DNA from: Actinomycetes bacterium
Lineage (GTDB): Bacteria > Actinomycetota > Actinomycetes > Mycobacteriales > Mycobacteriaceae
Reading direction: 5' to 3'
Assembly: GCA_023432405.1 (NCBI GenBank)
Contig: JAEYUQ010000010.1
Span: 39,775 to 103,774, forward strand
Length of the DNA stretch: 64,000 bases
The notes under the pieces are model-generated. The model was not told the DNA's origin. It worked only from the letters and a program-made list of their open reading frames with translations, and did not search any database. Positions 22,421 to 32,933 of this stretch are shown here, in pieces; the first letter of the stretch is position 1; each line of letters opens with the position of its first letter. The translations under genes and the position numbers were made by a program.

Positions 22421-23710
22421 CTAAAACAGCAGCTGAGAGACTGTGTAGATCACCAAGCCCGCCAGCGAACCCACTATGGTGCCGTTAAGACGAATAAACT
22501 GCAGATCTTTCCCCACCATGAGCTCAATCTTGTGGGAGGCTTCCTTGGCGTCCCAACTTTCCACAGTCTGCGAAATCATACTGGCAATCTCCCCGGAATA
22601 ATTCCGCGCCACATTATCGGCAATCCCAATAATCCACTTTTCGGTCTTTTCTCGCAGCTCCGGATCATGCTCCAGACGATTCCCCCACTCCAGCGCGTAC
22701 TCCACCAGTTTCCTGCGCACCAGCGAGTCTTCCTCTGACAACGCCTCCCGAGTGGCTGCTTCTGTACCATTCCAGAGCATTGTAGCGACGTCGTTTATGG
22801 TAGAAGACCCCAAAAGATCATGTTTTATGCCCTCAATGCGCGCAATAGTTTCAGGATCGTGCTGAAGATCCTCCGCAAACTGTGCGACGCCGTTACGCAG
22901 CCAGGCGCGCCCCTCGTGCTCAGGATCAGTGGCCATATCAGCGGTGAACTTCACAATCTCGCGGTACACCTTATCCCCTACGAGGGCTCCTGCGATGCTG
23001 CGCAAAGTCTCCGGAGCCCACTCCGGCATTCGTTTGTCCGTGAGCGTCAAAATGAGCTCCTCAGAACCCACAGCCTTCCGGTGCAACCAGTTCAAGGCTT
23101 CCTGGAGCATGGGCTCTACTTTGCCGTCAGCAATGAACTCCTCTAAAAATTTCCCCACCGGGGGTGCCCATAATGGTGCTGCAGCCTTCTCCACCAGAAG
23201 GGTACGGATCACAGCCTCGGCATCCTCTTGACGAATGGAATCCACCACATAGGAACCTAACGTGCCGACGCCCCTCGATACTCTCTCGGCGTTCCTCGGC
23301 TCAGTGAGCCACACCCCTGCTTTCAGTGGAAGATCGAGGGAGCGCAATTTCTCAGTAATGATTTCAGCATTAAAAAAGTTCTCACCTGTAAACTGCGCCA
23401 GGCTTTCCCCGAGTTCATCTTTGCGGTTGGGAATGATGGCCGTGTGGGGAATTTTGATGCCCAGGGGGTAGCGAAACAGTGCTGTCACAGCAAACCAATC
23501 GGCAAGGCCACCTACCAGGCCAGCTTCAGACATGGCCTGAACATACCCCACCCACGCGGGTGGGGAATTTACACTTCGCTGCGCCCATACGCAGGCAAGG
23601 TAAATGAGTGCTGCCAGAACTAGGAGTGCTGTCACACGCCTCTTATAGCTGCGTAGCGTGCGAGCACGTTCGCGGTCGGCGTCGGTAAGGGTAAAGAGGG
23701 AAGTACTCAC
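22421..23710 (-). CDS. DUF445 family membrane protein
   Basis: EAGLVGGLADWFAVTALFR, PHTAIIP and DLQFIRLNGTIVG; probable GTG start at 23710. Confidence 0.9.
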   Translation of the reverse strand: MSTSLFTLTDADRERARTLRSYKRRVTALLVLAALIYLACVWAQRSVNSPPAWVGYVQAMSEAGLVGGLADWFAVTALFRYPLGIKIPHTAIIPNRKDELGESLAQFTGENFFNAEIITEKLRSLDLPLKAGVWLTEPRNAERVSRGVGTLGSYVVDSIRQEDAEAVIRTLLVEKAAAPLWAPPVGKFLEEFIADGKVEPMLQEALNWLHRKAVGSEELILTLTDKRMPEWAPETLRSIAGALVGDKVYREIVKFTADMATDPEHEGRAWLRNGVAQFAEDLQHDPETIARIEGIKHDLLGSSTINDVATMLWNGTEAATREALSEEDSLVRRKLVEYALEWGNRLEHDPELREKTEKWIIGIADNVARNYSGEIASMISQTVESWDAKEASHKIELMVGKDLQFIRLNGTIVGSLAGLVIYTVSQLLF

Positions 23711-23807
23711 AACAGATTGATCCCCTGGATCAGCAGTTCTATTCCAACGATGGCAGCGATGAGGGCGGTAATCACCCAGAGAAGCTTGTTCATAGGTTCT
23801 AGAGTAA

Positions 23808-23855
23808 ACAAAAACTCGGGTGAGGCTCCGAAAACCCAGAGCACTCACACCGAGT
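23808..23855 (-). terminator. Intrinsic terminator after the sdh operon
   Basis: Imperfect stem ACTCGG-GTGAG-GCTC / GAGC-ACTCAC-ACCGAGT preceded by an A-run on the plus strand. Confidence 0.55.
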
Positions 23856-23908
23856 CAGCCCACTACACCGCAACCTTCAAGGAGTGGGAAAGAGTAAAAG
23901 GACGTCGC

Positions 23909-24295
23909 TTAGCTATGGCGACCAGTGCGCTTGGCGTAGGCCTTGTAGTTAGCACGACCTTTCACATAAAACACATATCCGGCAATCCAGAGGACGATGG
24001 TTCCCACCACGCCAATGATCAAGTAGAGCATTCCGTTGGAATCCTGCATGGGAGCCACACCATTGGGGCCCACATAGGTTCCAGCGGCGGAGAATGGTCC
24101 CCAGAACAAGACAGCAGCGGAGTACACGGCGGTACCAATGAACGCGAGGGAGGCCAGCCACAGACCCATGCATACCCAAATGGAGATGGTGTGCAGGGAG
24201 GAGTGAGGGGCTTCCAGAGAATTCGGCACGTAGCCCTGCTCATAGTGCAGGTTTTCGTAAACCGGAAGACTTGCTTGAGATGAAGCGGTGGTCAT
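23909..24295 (-). CDS. Small two-TM membrane protein downstream of sdhB
   Basis: GYVPNSLEAPHSSL, two hydrophobic segments, YAKRTGR end; conserved position after sdhB in corynebacteria. Confidence 0.78.
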   Translation of the reverse strand: MTTASSQASLPVYENLHYEQGYVPNSLEAPHSSLHTISIWVCMGLWLASLAFIGTAVYSAAVLFWGPFSAAGTYVGPNGVAPMQDSNGMLYLIIGVVGTIVLWIAGYVFYVKGRANYKAYAKRTGRHS

Positions 24296-24338
24296 AGTAG
24301 ATGTTCCTCTTTCCAGAATCAGGGGTTGTTTGCGTAGT

Positions 24339-25088
24339 CTAGTCGTCCTTGCCACGCAACGCAGCACGTGCGCGTTCTTTTGTGACGGCAGACACAGCTG
24401 TCAGGGGTATCCCTGCGGGGCATACATCTGCGCACTCACCGTAGAGGGAGCAAGCGCCGAAGTTGTTTTCCAACTCATCAATCATCTGCCGGGCTCGCTT
24501 GCCACGTTCCTCTTTGCCCAATGGCATGAGGGAGAGGTGCAGGAGTTTCGCCCCAGTGAAGAGGTTGGCTGCACCATTCGGGCAGGCAGCAATGCAAGCA
24601 CCACAACCGATGCAGGAGGCGTAATCCAAAGCCAACTCAGCAGTCTGATGGTTCTGGTGGAGGGTATCCGCATCGGGAGCAGTTCCAGCGTTGATGGACA
24701 CATACCCACCCTGATAGAGGACACGATCCATCGCGGAACGATCCACCACCAGATCCTTAATCACAGGGAAAGCAGCGTTACGGAAGGGCTCAATCTTGAG
24801 CTTATCGCCGTCTTTAAAGCTAACCAGGCGCTGCTGACAGGTGGGGGTATTCTGCTTCGGACCAGCAGGCCGCCCATTGACCATCAGACCGCAGGTGCCA
24901 CAGATACCTTCACGACAGTCAGAAGCGAAGTGGATAGGTTCTTTGTTCTCAGCGAGCAGGCTAGAGTTCAGGTGGTCAAGCAGCTCCAGAATCGACATCT
25001 CCGGGACTGCATCCGGAACCTCAAAGGTTTCGAAGTGACCTTCACTATTGTGATCGGCCTGACGCCAAATTTCGAGTGTCAGTCTCAT
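24339..25088 (-). CDS. sdhB: Succinate dehydrogenase Fe-S subunit
   Basis: CREGICGTC, CIGCGACIAACP and CSLYGECADVCP. Confidence 0.96.
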   Translation of the reverse strand: MRLTLEIWRQADHNSEGHFETFEVPDAVPEMSILELLDHLNSSLLAENKEPIHFASDCREGICGTCGLMVNGRPAGPKQNTPTCQQRLVSFKDGDKLKIEPFRNAAFPVIKDLVVDRSAMDRVLYQGGYVSINAGTAPDADTLHQNHQTAELALDYASCIGCGACIAACPNGAANLFTGAKLLHLSLMPLGKEERGKRARQMIDELENNFGACSLYGECADVCPAGIPLTAVSAVTKERARAALRGKDD

Positions 25089-27097
25089 TACTTGTAGTTC
25101 CTTGTCATCAGCGGGATCGAGTCGAAATACAGGGGCTCGGCGTGACGGATGAACTTCCCGTCACCATTGGGCTCCCAGGCGGAAACGAAGCACCAGTTCT
25201 CATCATCGCGCTCGGCTTCTTCATCTTCGGTGAGGTGATCGCTGCGATAGTGAGCGCCACAAGATTCATCGCGGTCTAACGCATCGACGGCGATGAGCTC
25301 ACCGAGATCCAGATAATCGGCAACGCGCAGGGCGTACTCCAAAGCCTGATTCATTTCATCATTACCCTGGGGCACCTGGACGTTCTTCCAGAAGTCCTCC
25401 CGAAGCGCGCGGATCTTTTCCAGGCCCTCCGGAATCTCCTGAGGATCACGGGACACACCGCAGTAACGGTAGAGCAGCTCACCAAGCTGACGGTGATAGT
25501 ACTCAGCCGGATGCGGATCCGGACCTTCGATATTCAAGATGGTATTAATGCGGGCCTGTGCAGACTTGAGCGCCTTTTGAGCAGCTTCACTCTCTGTCGA
25601 TGGAACAGGCTCGCCAAGGTGATCTGCCAGATAGTTCGGAACTGTAAACGGTAGGGTGAACCAGCCGTCCACGGAGGCCGAGAGCAAAGAGTTAGCACCG
25701 AGGCGGTTAGCGCCGTGGTACGTCCAGGAGCACTCGCCAGCTGCGAACAGTCCGTCAATGGAGGTCATCTCATTGAAGTCGGTCCACAAACCGCCCATCG
25801 TGAAGTGAACGGTCGGGGCAATACGCATCGGAGTCTCATAGGGATCCTCACCGATGGTCTCTTCATACATGGTGAAGAGGTTGCCGTAGCGTTCCTTCAC
25901 TGTTGCCTTGCCTAGACGCTGGATGGCATCGCGGAAGTCCAAGTACACGGAGTTGTGCAGAGGTCCTACGCCCTGGCCGGCGTTAATGGCCTGGGAATTG
26001 GCTCGCGAAGCGACGTCACGAGGGACAAGGTTTCCGAACGCCGGATAGCGTCGCTCAAGGAAGTAATCACGCTCTTCCTCGGGGATAGTGTTCGGATCAC
26101 GGTCATCTTGGGGCTTCTTCGGTGCCCAAATGCGACCGTCGTTACGGAGAGACTCGGACATCAAGATGGTCTTGGACTGCCAGGTGGCATTAACCGGAAG
26201 ACCCGTCGGGTGGAACTGAATGAAACAGGGAGAGGCGAAATATGCGCCGTGTCCATAGGCACGCATGGCCGCCGAAGCATTGGAGTTCTTTGCCAGGGTG
26301 GACATATGATACACATTGCCGTAGCCACCAGTACACAAAATAGTGGCGTGACCAGTATGAGCAGTCAACTCGCCCGTGATGAGGTTACGGGTGATAATAC
26401 CTTCGCAGCGCTTCTTGCCGTCACGCTCATCAACAATGAATTCCTGCACATCAGAGTGAGTGAAAATTTCAACGTTGCCCAAGTGGATCTGGCGAAGCAG
26501 TGCCGACGTCGTGGAAAGCTGGAGCTGCTGACCTGTCTGGCCGCGGGTATAGAAGGTTCGAGAAACCTGCACACCACCAAAGGAACGGGTAGCAAGGGTT
26601 CCGCCATACTCACGAGCGAAGGGAGCTCCAATAGCTGCCATGTGGTCAATCACACGGACAGATTCATAGGCTAGACGCCAACAATCGGACTCACGACAGC
26701 GATAATCGCCACCCTTGACCGTGTCCTTAGTGTGCCGATACGCGGAGTCATTATCCACAAGCTTCCCACGAGAGGAGTTAACACCACCCTGAGCAGCAAT
26801 CGAGTGAGCACGACGTGGAGAGTCATGGTAGGTAAAGACCTTGACGTTATAGCCCAGCTCTCCCAGAGCAGCCGCAGCAGCTCCACCAGAAAGTCCAGTG
26901 CCCACCACCAGGACTGTGAACTTTCTGCGGTTCAACGGAGACACCAAGTTCATGTGATCCTTATGGGCCTGCCACATATCTTTCATGCGGACGCCCTCGG
27001 GCTCATGGCTTTCCAGAACGGATCCGAGGGTGACACCTGGCACTACGCTTTCAGGAGCCTTGAAGTCCTTTTTTTCCGTGGTAATCGAAGTAGTCAT
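25088..27097 (-). CDS. sdhA: Succinate dehydrogenase flavoprotein
   Basis: GTGLSG, AHSIAAQGG, QFHPT, HFTMGG and HGANRLGANSL; ATG at 27097. Confidence 0.96.
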   Translation of the reverse strand: MTTSITTEKKDFKAPESVVPGVTLGSVLESHEPEGVRMKDMWQAHKDHMNLVSPLNRRKFTVLVVGTGLSGGAAAAALGELGYNVKVFTYHDSPRRAHSIAAQGGVNSSRGKLVDNDSAYRHTKDTVKGGDYRCRESDCWRLAYESVRVIDHMAAIGAPFAREYGGTLATRSFGGVQVSRTFYTRGQTGQQLQLSTTSALLRQIHLGNVEIFTHSDVQEFIVDERDGKKRCEGIITRNLITGELTAHTGHATILCTGGYGNVYHMSTLAKNSNASAAMRAYGHGAYFASPCFIQFHPTGLPVNATWQSKTILMSESLRNDGRIWAPKKPQDDRDPNTIPEEERDYFLERRYPAFGNLVPRDVASRANSQAINAGQGVGPLHNSVYLDFRDAIQRLGKATVKERYGNLFTMYEETIGEDPYETPMRIAPTVHFTMGGLWTDFNEMTSIDGLFAAGECSWTYHGANRLGANSLLSASVDGWFTLPFTVPNYLADHLGEPVPSTESEAAQKALKSAQARINTILNIEGPDPHPAEYYHRQLGELLYRYCGVSRDPQEIPEGLEKIRALREDFWKNVQVPQGNDEMNQALEYALRVADYLDLGELIAVDALDRDESCGAHYRSDHLTEDEEAERDDENWCFVSAWEPNGDGKFIRHAEPLYFDSIPLMTRNYK

Positions 27098-27111
27098 TGT
27101 TGAGAATCTCC

Positions 27112-27918
27112 TTACACCGTGACCCAGCCGAGAAGAACCGCCACCGGGATCAAGATGTTGCCAATCATGACCAGAGCCGGCAGGGCATACGCAACAAACT
27201 GCATCACAGCACGCCACTTGCGGCCGCTGATGCCCAAGTCACTGGTTGCCAACCAGATTCCATGAGTGAGGTGCGCAAATAGAACAAACATGGCAACGAT
27301 ATACACAAGAGCCACAGGCCAGCGACTAAATGAATTCACCAAGTTTTCGTAGGCGAAGCTGACGTGTGTCCCGGTGACTTCATCCACCATCTCGGGCTGG
27401 AACGCACTAGAAGCAGCGCCAGGGGTACCCAAGGTCAAATCGAGGAGGTGGAAAATGATAAAGAGAAGAAGGAGTACACCGCTAACAATCATGGTCTTCG
27501 TGGTGAAGGAGTTCCAGCCACCCATCAGGTTGGTGCGCTTGAACTGACCACGAGATTGCCGCCCTCGCCTGAACAGCTGAATACCGCCATAAATATGCAG
27601 AACAATGGCAACGAGGAGGACAATGCGCAATATCCACAGCACGCCTTCCCGCGGGAACAGGGGTTCACCGACAGACCGCAGGAATTCTGCATAGACGTTC
27701 ATTGGACGGACGGCTACACCGTCAATGACCTCCCTCGGCAAGAACATCTTCAAATTGCCGATCATGTGGACGAAAACAAATAGGGCAAATAGCAATCCCG
27801 TTACAGCCATGCAGAGCTTAATTGCCCACGACGGAACAGCTGGCTTCTTTTCACGGATAGGTTGTTCCGTAATTTTTCCGTGTTCTAGCGCAACACGGTC
27901 AGGATCTTTAACAGTCAT
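27112..27918 (-). CDS. sdhC: Succinate dehydrogenase cytochrome b subunit
   Basis: HMIGNLK and five TM segments with conserved His; GGAGG RBS just upstream. Confidence 0.94.
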   Translation of the reverse strand: MTVKDPDRVALEHGKITEQPIREKKPAVPSWAIKLCMAVTGLLFALFVFVHMIGNLKMFLPREVIDGVAVRPMNVYAEFLRSVGEPLFPREGVLWILRIVLLVAIVLHIYGGIQLFRRGRQSRGQFKRTNLMGGWNSFTTKTMIVSGVLLLLFIIFHLLDLTLGTPGAASSAFQPEMVDEVTGTHVSFAYENLVNSFSRWPVALVYIVAMFVLFAHLTHGIWLATSDLGISGRKWRAVMQFVAYALPALVMIGNILIPVAVLLGWVTV

Positions 27919-28019
27919 GACACCTCCAAGTTCACCTAGTACTTTATGACGGCTCACCCCCCGCGTTCCACTTTGGATAGGTGATTAAGATACATCGGTT
28001 ACCCCCAAAAGATCCATAT

Positions 28020-28038
28020 TTAGGTAAGGCTTATGTTA
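28020..28038. promoter_or_regulatory. DtxR-like box upstream of sdhC
   Basis: TTAGGTAAGGCTTATGTTA, 14/19 match to TTAGGTTAGSCTAACCTAA. Confidence 0.55.
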
Positions 28039-28102
28039 ATTACTCCGGGTGGGGAAATTTATTACCACGTAAACGGGCATTCCAAGATCCGCCACCCGAT
28101 AC

Positions 28103-28144
28103 AAAAAGAGCAGCCAGGGGCGCACGTGGCGTCGCCTGGCTGCT
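28103..28144 (-). terminator. Intrinsic terminator of lpdA
   Basis: AGCAGCCAGG / CCTGGCTGCT stem with an A-run at 28103-28107. Confidence 0.75.
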
Positions 28145-28171
28145 GTGTTCCAGTGGAGAAAAATTCCCCAC

Positions 28172-29581
28172 CTAGAGATTAATCATGTGTCCCATCGTCC
28201 CCTCGGCTGCTTCTTTAATCGCCTCGGAAAGCGTTGGGTGAGTGTGAACATTCCGGCCAATCTCCTCAGCCGTGAGATCAAAACGCTGAGCCAAAGTAAG
28301 TTCCGGCAGAAGCTCCGAAACCTGGGCACCTACCATGTGCCCGCCCAACAGCTCACCGTATTCCTTATCGACAACAACCTTGACGAAGCCCTGAGTCTCC
28401 GCCAAACCAGCCGCCTTACCGTTTGCAGAGAACGGGAAGGAAGCGGAAACAATCTCCCGGTCCGGCCACTTCTCCTTCGCCTGAGCCTCCGTATATCCAA
28501 AGGACCCAACCTGCGGATTGCAGAATGTTGCCCGAGGCATCATTCGATAATCCCCCAGCTTTTGAGTTTCCCCACCCGCAATCACCTCAGCAGCCACAAC
28601 ACCCTGAGCCTCCGCAACATGAGCTAACTGTAGCTTTGCAGTGACGTCGCCAATGGCAAAAATATGATCCACACTGGTGCGCATATAGTCGTCAACATCA
28701 ATGGCACCTCGATCTGTGAGTTTCACCCCGGTATTTTCAAGACCATATCCCTCTGTGCGTGGAGCAAAACCGATGGACACCATCACACGATCTACACGCA
28801 GAGTGTCTTGCTTCTTTCCATCCTTACTTTCGAGGTCCACCTCCACGACGTCGCCTTGATCGCGAACTCCGGTGGTCTTATAGCCAGTGAGGAGTTTGAT
28901 ACCCAGCTTCTTGTATTCCTTAGCAATGACCTTAGACACCTCAGGATCCTCTGCTGGCAGCACACGATCCATGAATTCCACCACAGTCAGTTTCACGCCA
29001 TAGTTAGCAAGGACATAAGCAAATTCCATGCCGATGGCGCCGGCACCAACAATGACCATAGAGTCCGGGAGACGATCATTGAGGATCTGCTCCTCGAAGG
29101 AAACGATATTTCCACCAATGTCCACACCTGGCAGGGATTTCACCACTGAACCCGTGGCGATAATGCAATTATCGAAAGTGAGCGTCTTACCGGCGTCCTC
29201 GCCGTCCGTAATTTCAAGGGAGTGCGCATCTACAAAGGAACCACATCCATTAACCTCTGTGATGTTGTTTTTCTTCATGAGGTAGTGGACACCCTGCACG
29301 ATTTTCTTTGACACCTGACGCGAACGCTCGTGAGCCTTGCCGAAGTCGAAGCTCACCTCGCCGGAGATGCCAAAAGTATCAGCCTCGTGGTTGAAGATGT
29401 GGGCTACTTCAGCATTCTTTAAAAGGGACTTCGAGGGTATGCAACCAACGTTAAGGCACACCCCACCCCAATACTGCTTCTCAACAACCGCGACAGACTT
29501 CCCGAGCTGAGCAGCACGAATAGCAGCCACATATCCACCGGGACCAGCGCCAAGTACAACTACGTCAAAATGATCAGCCAT
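28172..29581 (-). CDS. lpdA: Dihydrolipoamide dehydrogenase
   Basis: [20 protein letters not shown] and HPTLSE motifs. Confidence 0.97.
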   Translation of the reverse strand: MADHFDVVVLGAGPGGYVAAIRAAQLGKSVAVVEKQYWGGVCLNVGCIPSKSLLKNAEVAHIFNHEADTFGISGEVSFDFGKAHERSRQVSKKIVQGVHYLMKKNNITEVNGCGSFVDAHSLEITDGEDAGKTLTFDNCIIATGSVVKSLPGVDIGGNIVSFEEQILNDRLPDSMVIVGAGAIGMEFAYVLANYGVKLTVVEFMDRVLPAEDPEVSKVIAKEYKKLGIKLLTGYKTTGVRDQGDVVEVDLESKDGKKQDTLRVDRVMVSIGFAPRTEGYGLENTGVKLTDRGAIDVDDYMRTSVDHIFAIGDVTAKLQLAHVAEAQGVVAAEVIAGGETQKLGDYRMMPRATFCNPQVGSFGYTEAQAKEKWPDREIVSASFPFSANGKAAGLAETQGFVKVVVDKEYGELLGGHMVGAQVSELLPELTLAQRFDLTAEEIGRNVHTHPTLSEAIKEAAEGTMGHMINL

Positions 29582-29647
29582 GCCTTACAGAATACGTAAG
29601 GAAGTACACGTCCAGCCTAAAATGGGGGAAAATTCCCCACCCGCCTA

Positions 29648-30823
29648 GTGAAGGAAATGCCGGTGCGCCCACTAGCCATTGCGACAATCGTCGCTACCAT
29701 AGCCGGCTTCGGAGTCACCTGGATTGCGGCACGAGCTCTAAGTGCGGAAAACTACACAGAATTTGCGGCATTTTGGGGATTGTTTTTTGCCCTGACCGGA
29801 ACGATTGATGGTCTACAGCAAGAGGTCGCCCGCTCAGGTGGGGATAATACGGGGACAGTTTGGATTGCCAGTGGTCTCATTGGTCTGATTGGTGGGGGAA
29901 TCACCTGGGTAATAGTGACACCATGGATGCCTGCGCTAGTAGGAAAGGAAGACGCTAAATTTGCTGGAGTCCTCCTTATCTGCGGCATTCTTTCCTACGT
30001 ATTCCAAGCAGCTACTCTCGGATTTCTCGCTAACTCCTTACAGTGGGGAAAATATGCCGGCCTTATAGCTTTCGATTCCCTCATACGCCTCATCCTCGCT
30101 TTGATCGCATGGGTAGCCGGTTGGGGACTTCTTGCCTTTTTCATCATCACAGTATCGGGAGCTCTGACATGGCTGTTCTACTTCCCTGGATGGGGAAACC
30201 CCTCTCGCCTGAGACTTGGAAGCTTCCTGAGAAAAACCATTTCCGCTATGTCCGGCGCCGGTGCGAACTCACTTCTCATTGTTGGTTTTCCTGCACTTAG
30301 CAGACTTGCTCTCGGTGACGCTCCTCAACTACCAGTCATGATTCTGGGACTCACAGTAATCAGAGCACCAATCCTCATTCCACTTCAACGCTTTCATACA
30401 GCCATGATTGTGGCTTTCTTTAGGCGAAAAGCTCGGCTTCTCGTTGTCGCCACAGCTGTTCTCATCCTCGGGAGTCTAGAAGCCGTGATGGTGTGGGGAA
30501 TTGGCCCTTGGATTATTCCCGCAATCTTCGGTACAGATTTTTCCCCCACCCGGGAAGACCTACTCTTCCTCGTCCTGGCATCCACGGGAATAGGACTCCT
30601 CACAGTTACAGGAGCATATTCACTCGCACACGGAAACCACGCTGCCTATTCACTTGGGTGGCTTACTGCCGCGATAATGGCTTTTTACTCACTAAAAGAG
30701 TCATTCCTCGACATTCCCCAAGCGCTCCTCGTCGCCTCACTCACGGGAATGATTATCCACTTATTCCTAACTTTTCTAGCGCCCAAACCCGACCGGATCT
30801 CCGCCCCACTGGAGAGTCATTAA
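29648..30823 (+). CDS. Polytopic membrane protein, probable polysaccharide flippase/exporter
   Basis: About 11-12 hydrophobic segments; FAAFWGLFF...GLQQEVAR and RAPILIPL resemble actinobacterial Wzx-like proteins. Confidence 0.6.
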   Translation: MKEMPVRPLAIATIVATIAGFGVTWIAARALSAENYTEFAAFWGLFFALTGTIDGLQQEVARSGGDNTGTVWIASGLIGLIGGGITWVIVTPWMPALVGKEDAKFAGVLLICGILSYVFQAATLGFLANSLQWGKYAGLIAFDSLIRLILALIAWVAGWGLLAFFIITVSGALTWLFYFPGWGNPSRLRLGSFLRKTISAMSGAGANSLLIVGFPALSRLALGDAPQLPVMILGLTVIRAPILIPLQRFHTAMIVAFFRRKARLLVVATAVLILGSLEAVMVWGIGPWIIPAIFGTDFSPTREDLLFLVLASTGIGLLTVTGAYSLAHGNHAAYSLGWLTAAIMAFYSLKESFLDIPQALLVASLTGMIIHLFLTFLAPKPDRISAPLESH

Positions 30824-31928
30824 ACCTAATTGGTTTTCTGGGATCCGCAGGTTGATATGCTGCTCGACCAGTCTTCGGATCGTGCAGGTAATACCCATTT
30901 TTACACTGTCTATCATCATCATTTTGAGCGTTGTGAGGCCTACATGTCCCTACCAAATTCTCAACGTTCGTTTCCCCGCCATGCTTCCAGGCCTCTACAT
31001 GGTGAATTTCCCCACGGGAAACTAAACGTTGACACTCTGGGTCCGCGCACAATATCTGATCCAGAGAAATCATGGCCCGTTGTTTGTCATTGGCATGGCG
31101 CGCTGTCCGATATAAATCAACCGGCTGGGCATGGTCGTCGTACAGCAAAACTAAGCCGTATGGCGCAATTTTTTGCTCAACATACTCCCGCGCGCTGATG
31201 AGAGCCCCCTCAGTGGTGCAAAAAACCGTGTCTTCTCCTGTGTTTTCGCGAGTCACTGTTTTGAGATCATCCATTGCAATAAGTACCGCCGGTTGAAGCC
31301 AAGGGTTAGACTCCTCCCATCCAAAATTCCCCACCAGGGCGTCTGCCATCGCCTGCTGATGGGTCAGCGTTTTGTTCACTTTCCGTAAACGCTTAACAAT
31401 TTTCTCCATCCTACGAGTGAGTTCTGACATCTCCTGTTCGGGCAAACTCAATGTCGCATACCGCATTCCAGCAGCGTCAGTGGCTCGACTGGTGCGAAAA
31501 TACCGGCGACCCCTATCCACTTTCTGAACATCCTCGTTGGCCTTGCGCACAGTCGCGTCCGCCTGACGCTTCAACTCATCAACGGTGAGCTTTGGAGCTA
31601 TCTGACTCAGTTGCAAACGCAGATCTTCCTTCCCTACCTTTGCAAATTTGTGCAGCTTATTTACAGCACCGTTGATAACGTGCAGAGCGTCCAGGGATAG
31701 TTTCCCCACCCGGGAAACCTCCACAGCTTGATCCCGCTTATCGACGTCGTCGCTGGCGCCGAAGAGTGCCCTTCCTAGACGGCGATTTCTACCTGCCTGA
31801 GTTTTGGTGATCCCGAACATATCTGCCAGCTCTTCGTCAGCTCGAGGCCCGTTAGAGTTGCGGAAGAAGTACTCGGCAATATCAATTCCCCTCGTACCGA
31901 GTGTGTGAAGAATATCCCCTATATTCAT
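30753..31928 (-). CDS. HNH endonuclease signature protein (corynebacterial DUF222-like family)
   Basis: C-terminal CADPEC...EIHHVEAWKHGGETNVENLVGTCRPHN. Confidence 0.88.
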   Translation of the reverse strand: MNIGDILHTLGTRGIDIAEYFFRNSNGPRADEELADMFGITKTQAGRNRRLGRALFGASDDVDKRDQAVEVSRVGKLSLDALHVINGAVNKLHKFAKVGKEDLRLQLSQIAPKLTVDELKRQADATVRKANEDVQKVDRGRRYFRTSRATDAAGMRYATLSLPEQEMSELTRRMEKIVKRLRKVNKTLTHQQAMADALVGNFGWEESNPWLQPAVLIAMDDLKTVTRENTGEDTVFCTTEGALISAREYVEQKIAPYGLVLLYDDHAQPVDLYRTARHANDKQRAMISLDQILCADPECQRLVSRGEIHHVEAWKHGGETNVENLVGTCRPHNAQNDDDRQCKNGYYLHDPKTGRAAYQPADPRKPIRFNDSPVGRRSGRVWALEKLGISG

Positions 31929-32333
31929 AGCCTCGAACGCTACTCAGTGGGGAAAATCCTGTCTAGCAGAACAAGCGGCGAACTGTGGATAGCTACCTGC
32001 AATTCACAGTTTCTCCGAGTGGGGAAAATTGGACTTGCCCTACACGCAGTATTGTGAGCGGAACGGAAACCACAAGATCCACACATTCGCGATTCTCAAG
32101 TCAAACTGTGCCGCCAGTATCCCTAACTGTCAAAGATCCCGGTTGTGGCTCCGCTCCGCAAGCCTGATTGCCAAGAAATTCTGAGCTCTACTTCTCTACA
32201 GTCCTGTTCCAAGCGCTGTAAACAGAACTGTTGAGGCAGCTAACCTTTCTACACAAGCCTTCGTAGAACCAGCAGGTGTGTATTGGTTGAGTGTGGACTC
32301 TGAAAGCTCACATTTCTCCACAAACAAGTATCT

Positions 32334-32352
32334 ATAGGTAACCCTAACCTAA
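32334..32352. promoter_or_regulatory. Strong DtxR/IdeR box with no adjacent gene
   Basis: ATAGGTAACCCTAACCTAA, 16/19 match to TTAGGTTAGCCTAACCTAA. Confidence 0.7.
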
Positions 32353-32674
32353 CTATATTTGTCAAGGGTGGGAGAATTTTTCTGATAAAAACCTCGACAA
32401 CCGGCGGGGAATAGAGTCCCTTGAGATGGCTCTAACAAAAAGGGATATATCTGCACTATGCCCGGACGGTAGTCTCACAGCCATTGCCGAGGTGGTTGTC
32501 TCATCGTGTCGCACAAGGCCAAGTGAAAAGGCACCTAATATACTCATCAGCCCATGCAGTTACTGGGTTCACGCGACCATCACTGAAACTAACGGTGTCA
32601 CATCGAAAGTTCTGAAGAGAACGCCAGAAGACATAGGCGAGAAAATCCCCACCCGGAAGAACTCCGACGATTTT

Positions 32675-32750
32675 TGGAGCCGCTTGAGAGAATCGAACTC
32701 TCGACCTATTCATTACGAGTGAATCGCTCTACCGACTGAGCTAAAGCGGC
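32675..32750 (-). tRNA. tRNA-Thr(CGT)
   Basis: GCCGCTTTAGCTCAGTCGGTAGAGCG-ATTCA-CTCGTAA-TGAAT-AGGTCGAGAGTTCGATTCTCTCAAGCGGCT-CCA folds as a cloverleaf. Confidence 0.97.
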
Positions 32751-32933
32751 ATGCCCATCACTTTTGCTAACTATTCACTTGCTTCCACAAGCGTCTCAAC
32801 ACTGACATCAACCAGTACAGGTGACCATCTCAAGATGCTCGCAAACAATGTCCTAGGACATCGCTGTGATGAACTCGTCCCATAGTACATGAGGTAACAA
32901 TGGTGAGAAAATCACGTATTTCCCCACCCGGGG

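Noticed and set aside
24288..25097. Long antisense ORFs (e.g. 79-822, 24288-25097, 25955-26674, 36892-37686, 37846-38571)
   Set aside because: Shadows of well-supported genes on the opposite strand; no recognisable motifs
31933..31985. LexA/SOS box upstream of the HNH gene
   Set aside because: Only GAAC half-sites; no matching GTTC arm at the right spacing
32362..32722. Short ORFs near the tRNA (32362-32547, 32426-32722, 32501-32713)
   Set aside because: No RBS or family features, and two of them overlap the tRNA
32675..32750. Integrative element at tRNA-Thr
   Set aside because: No integrase and no duplicated tRNA 3' end seen downstream
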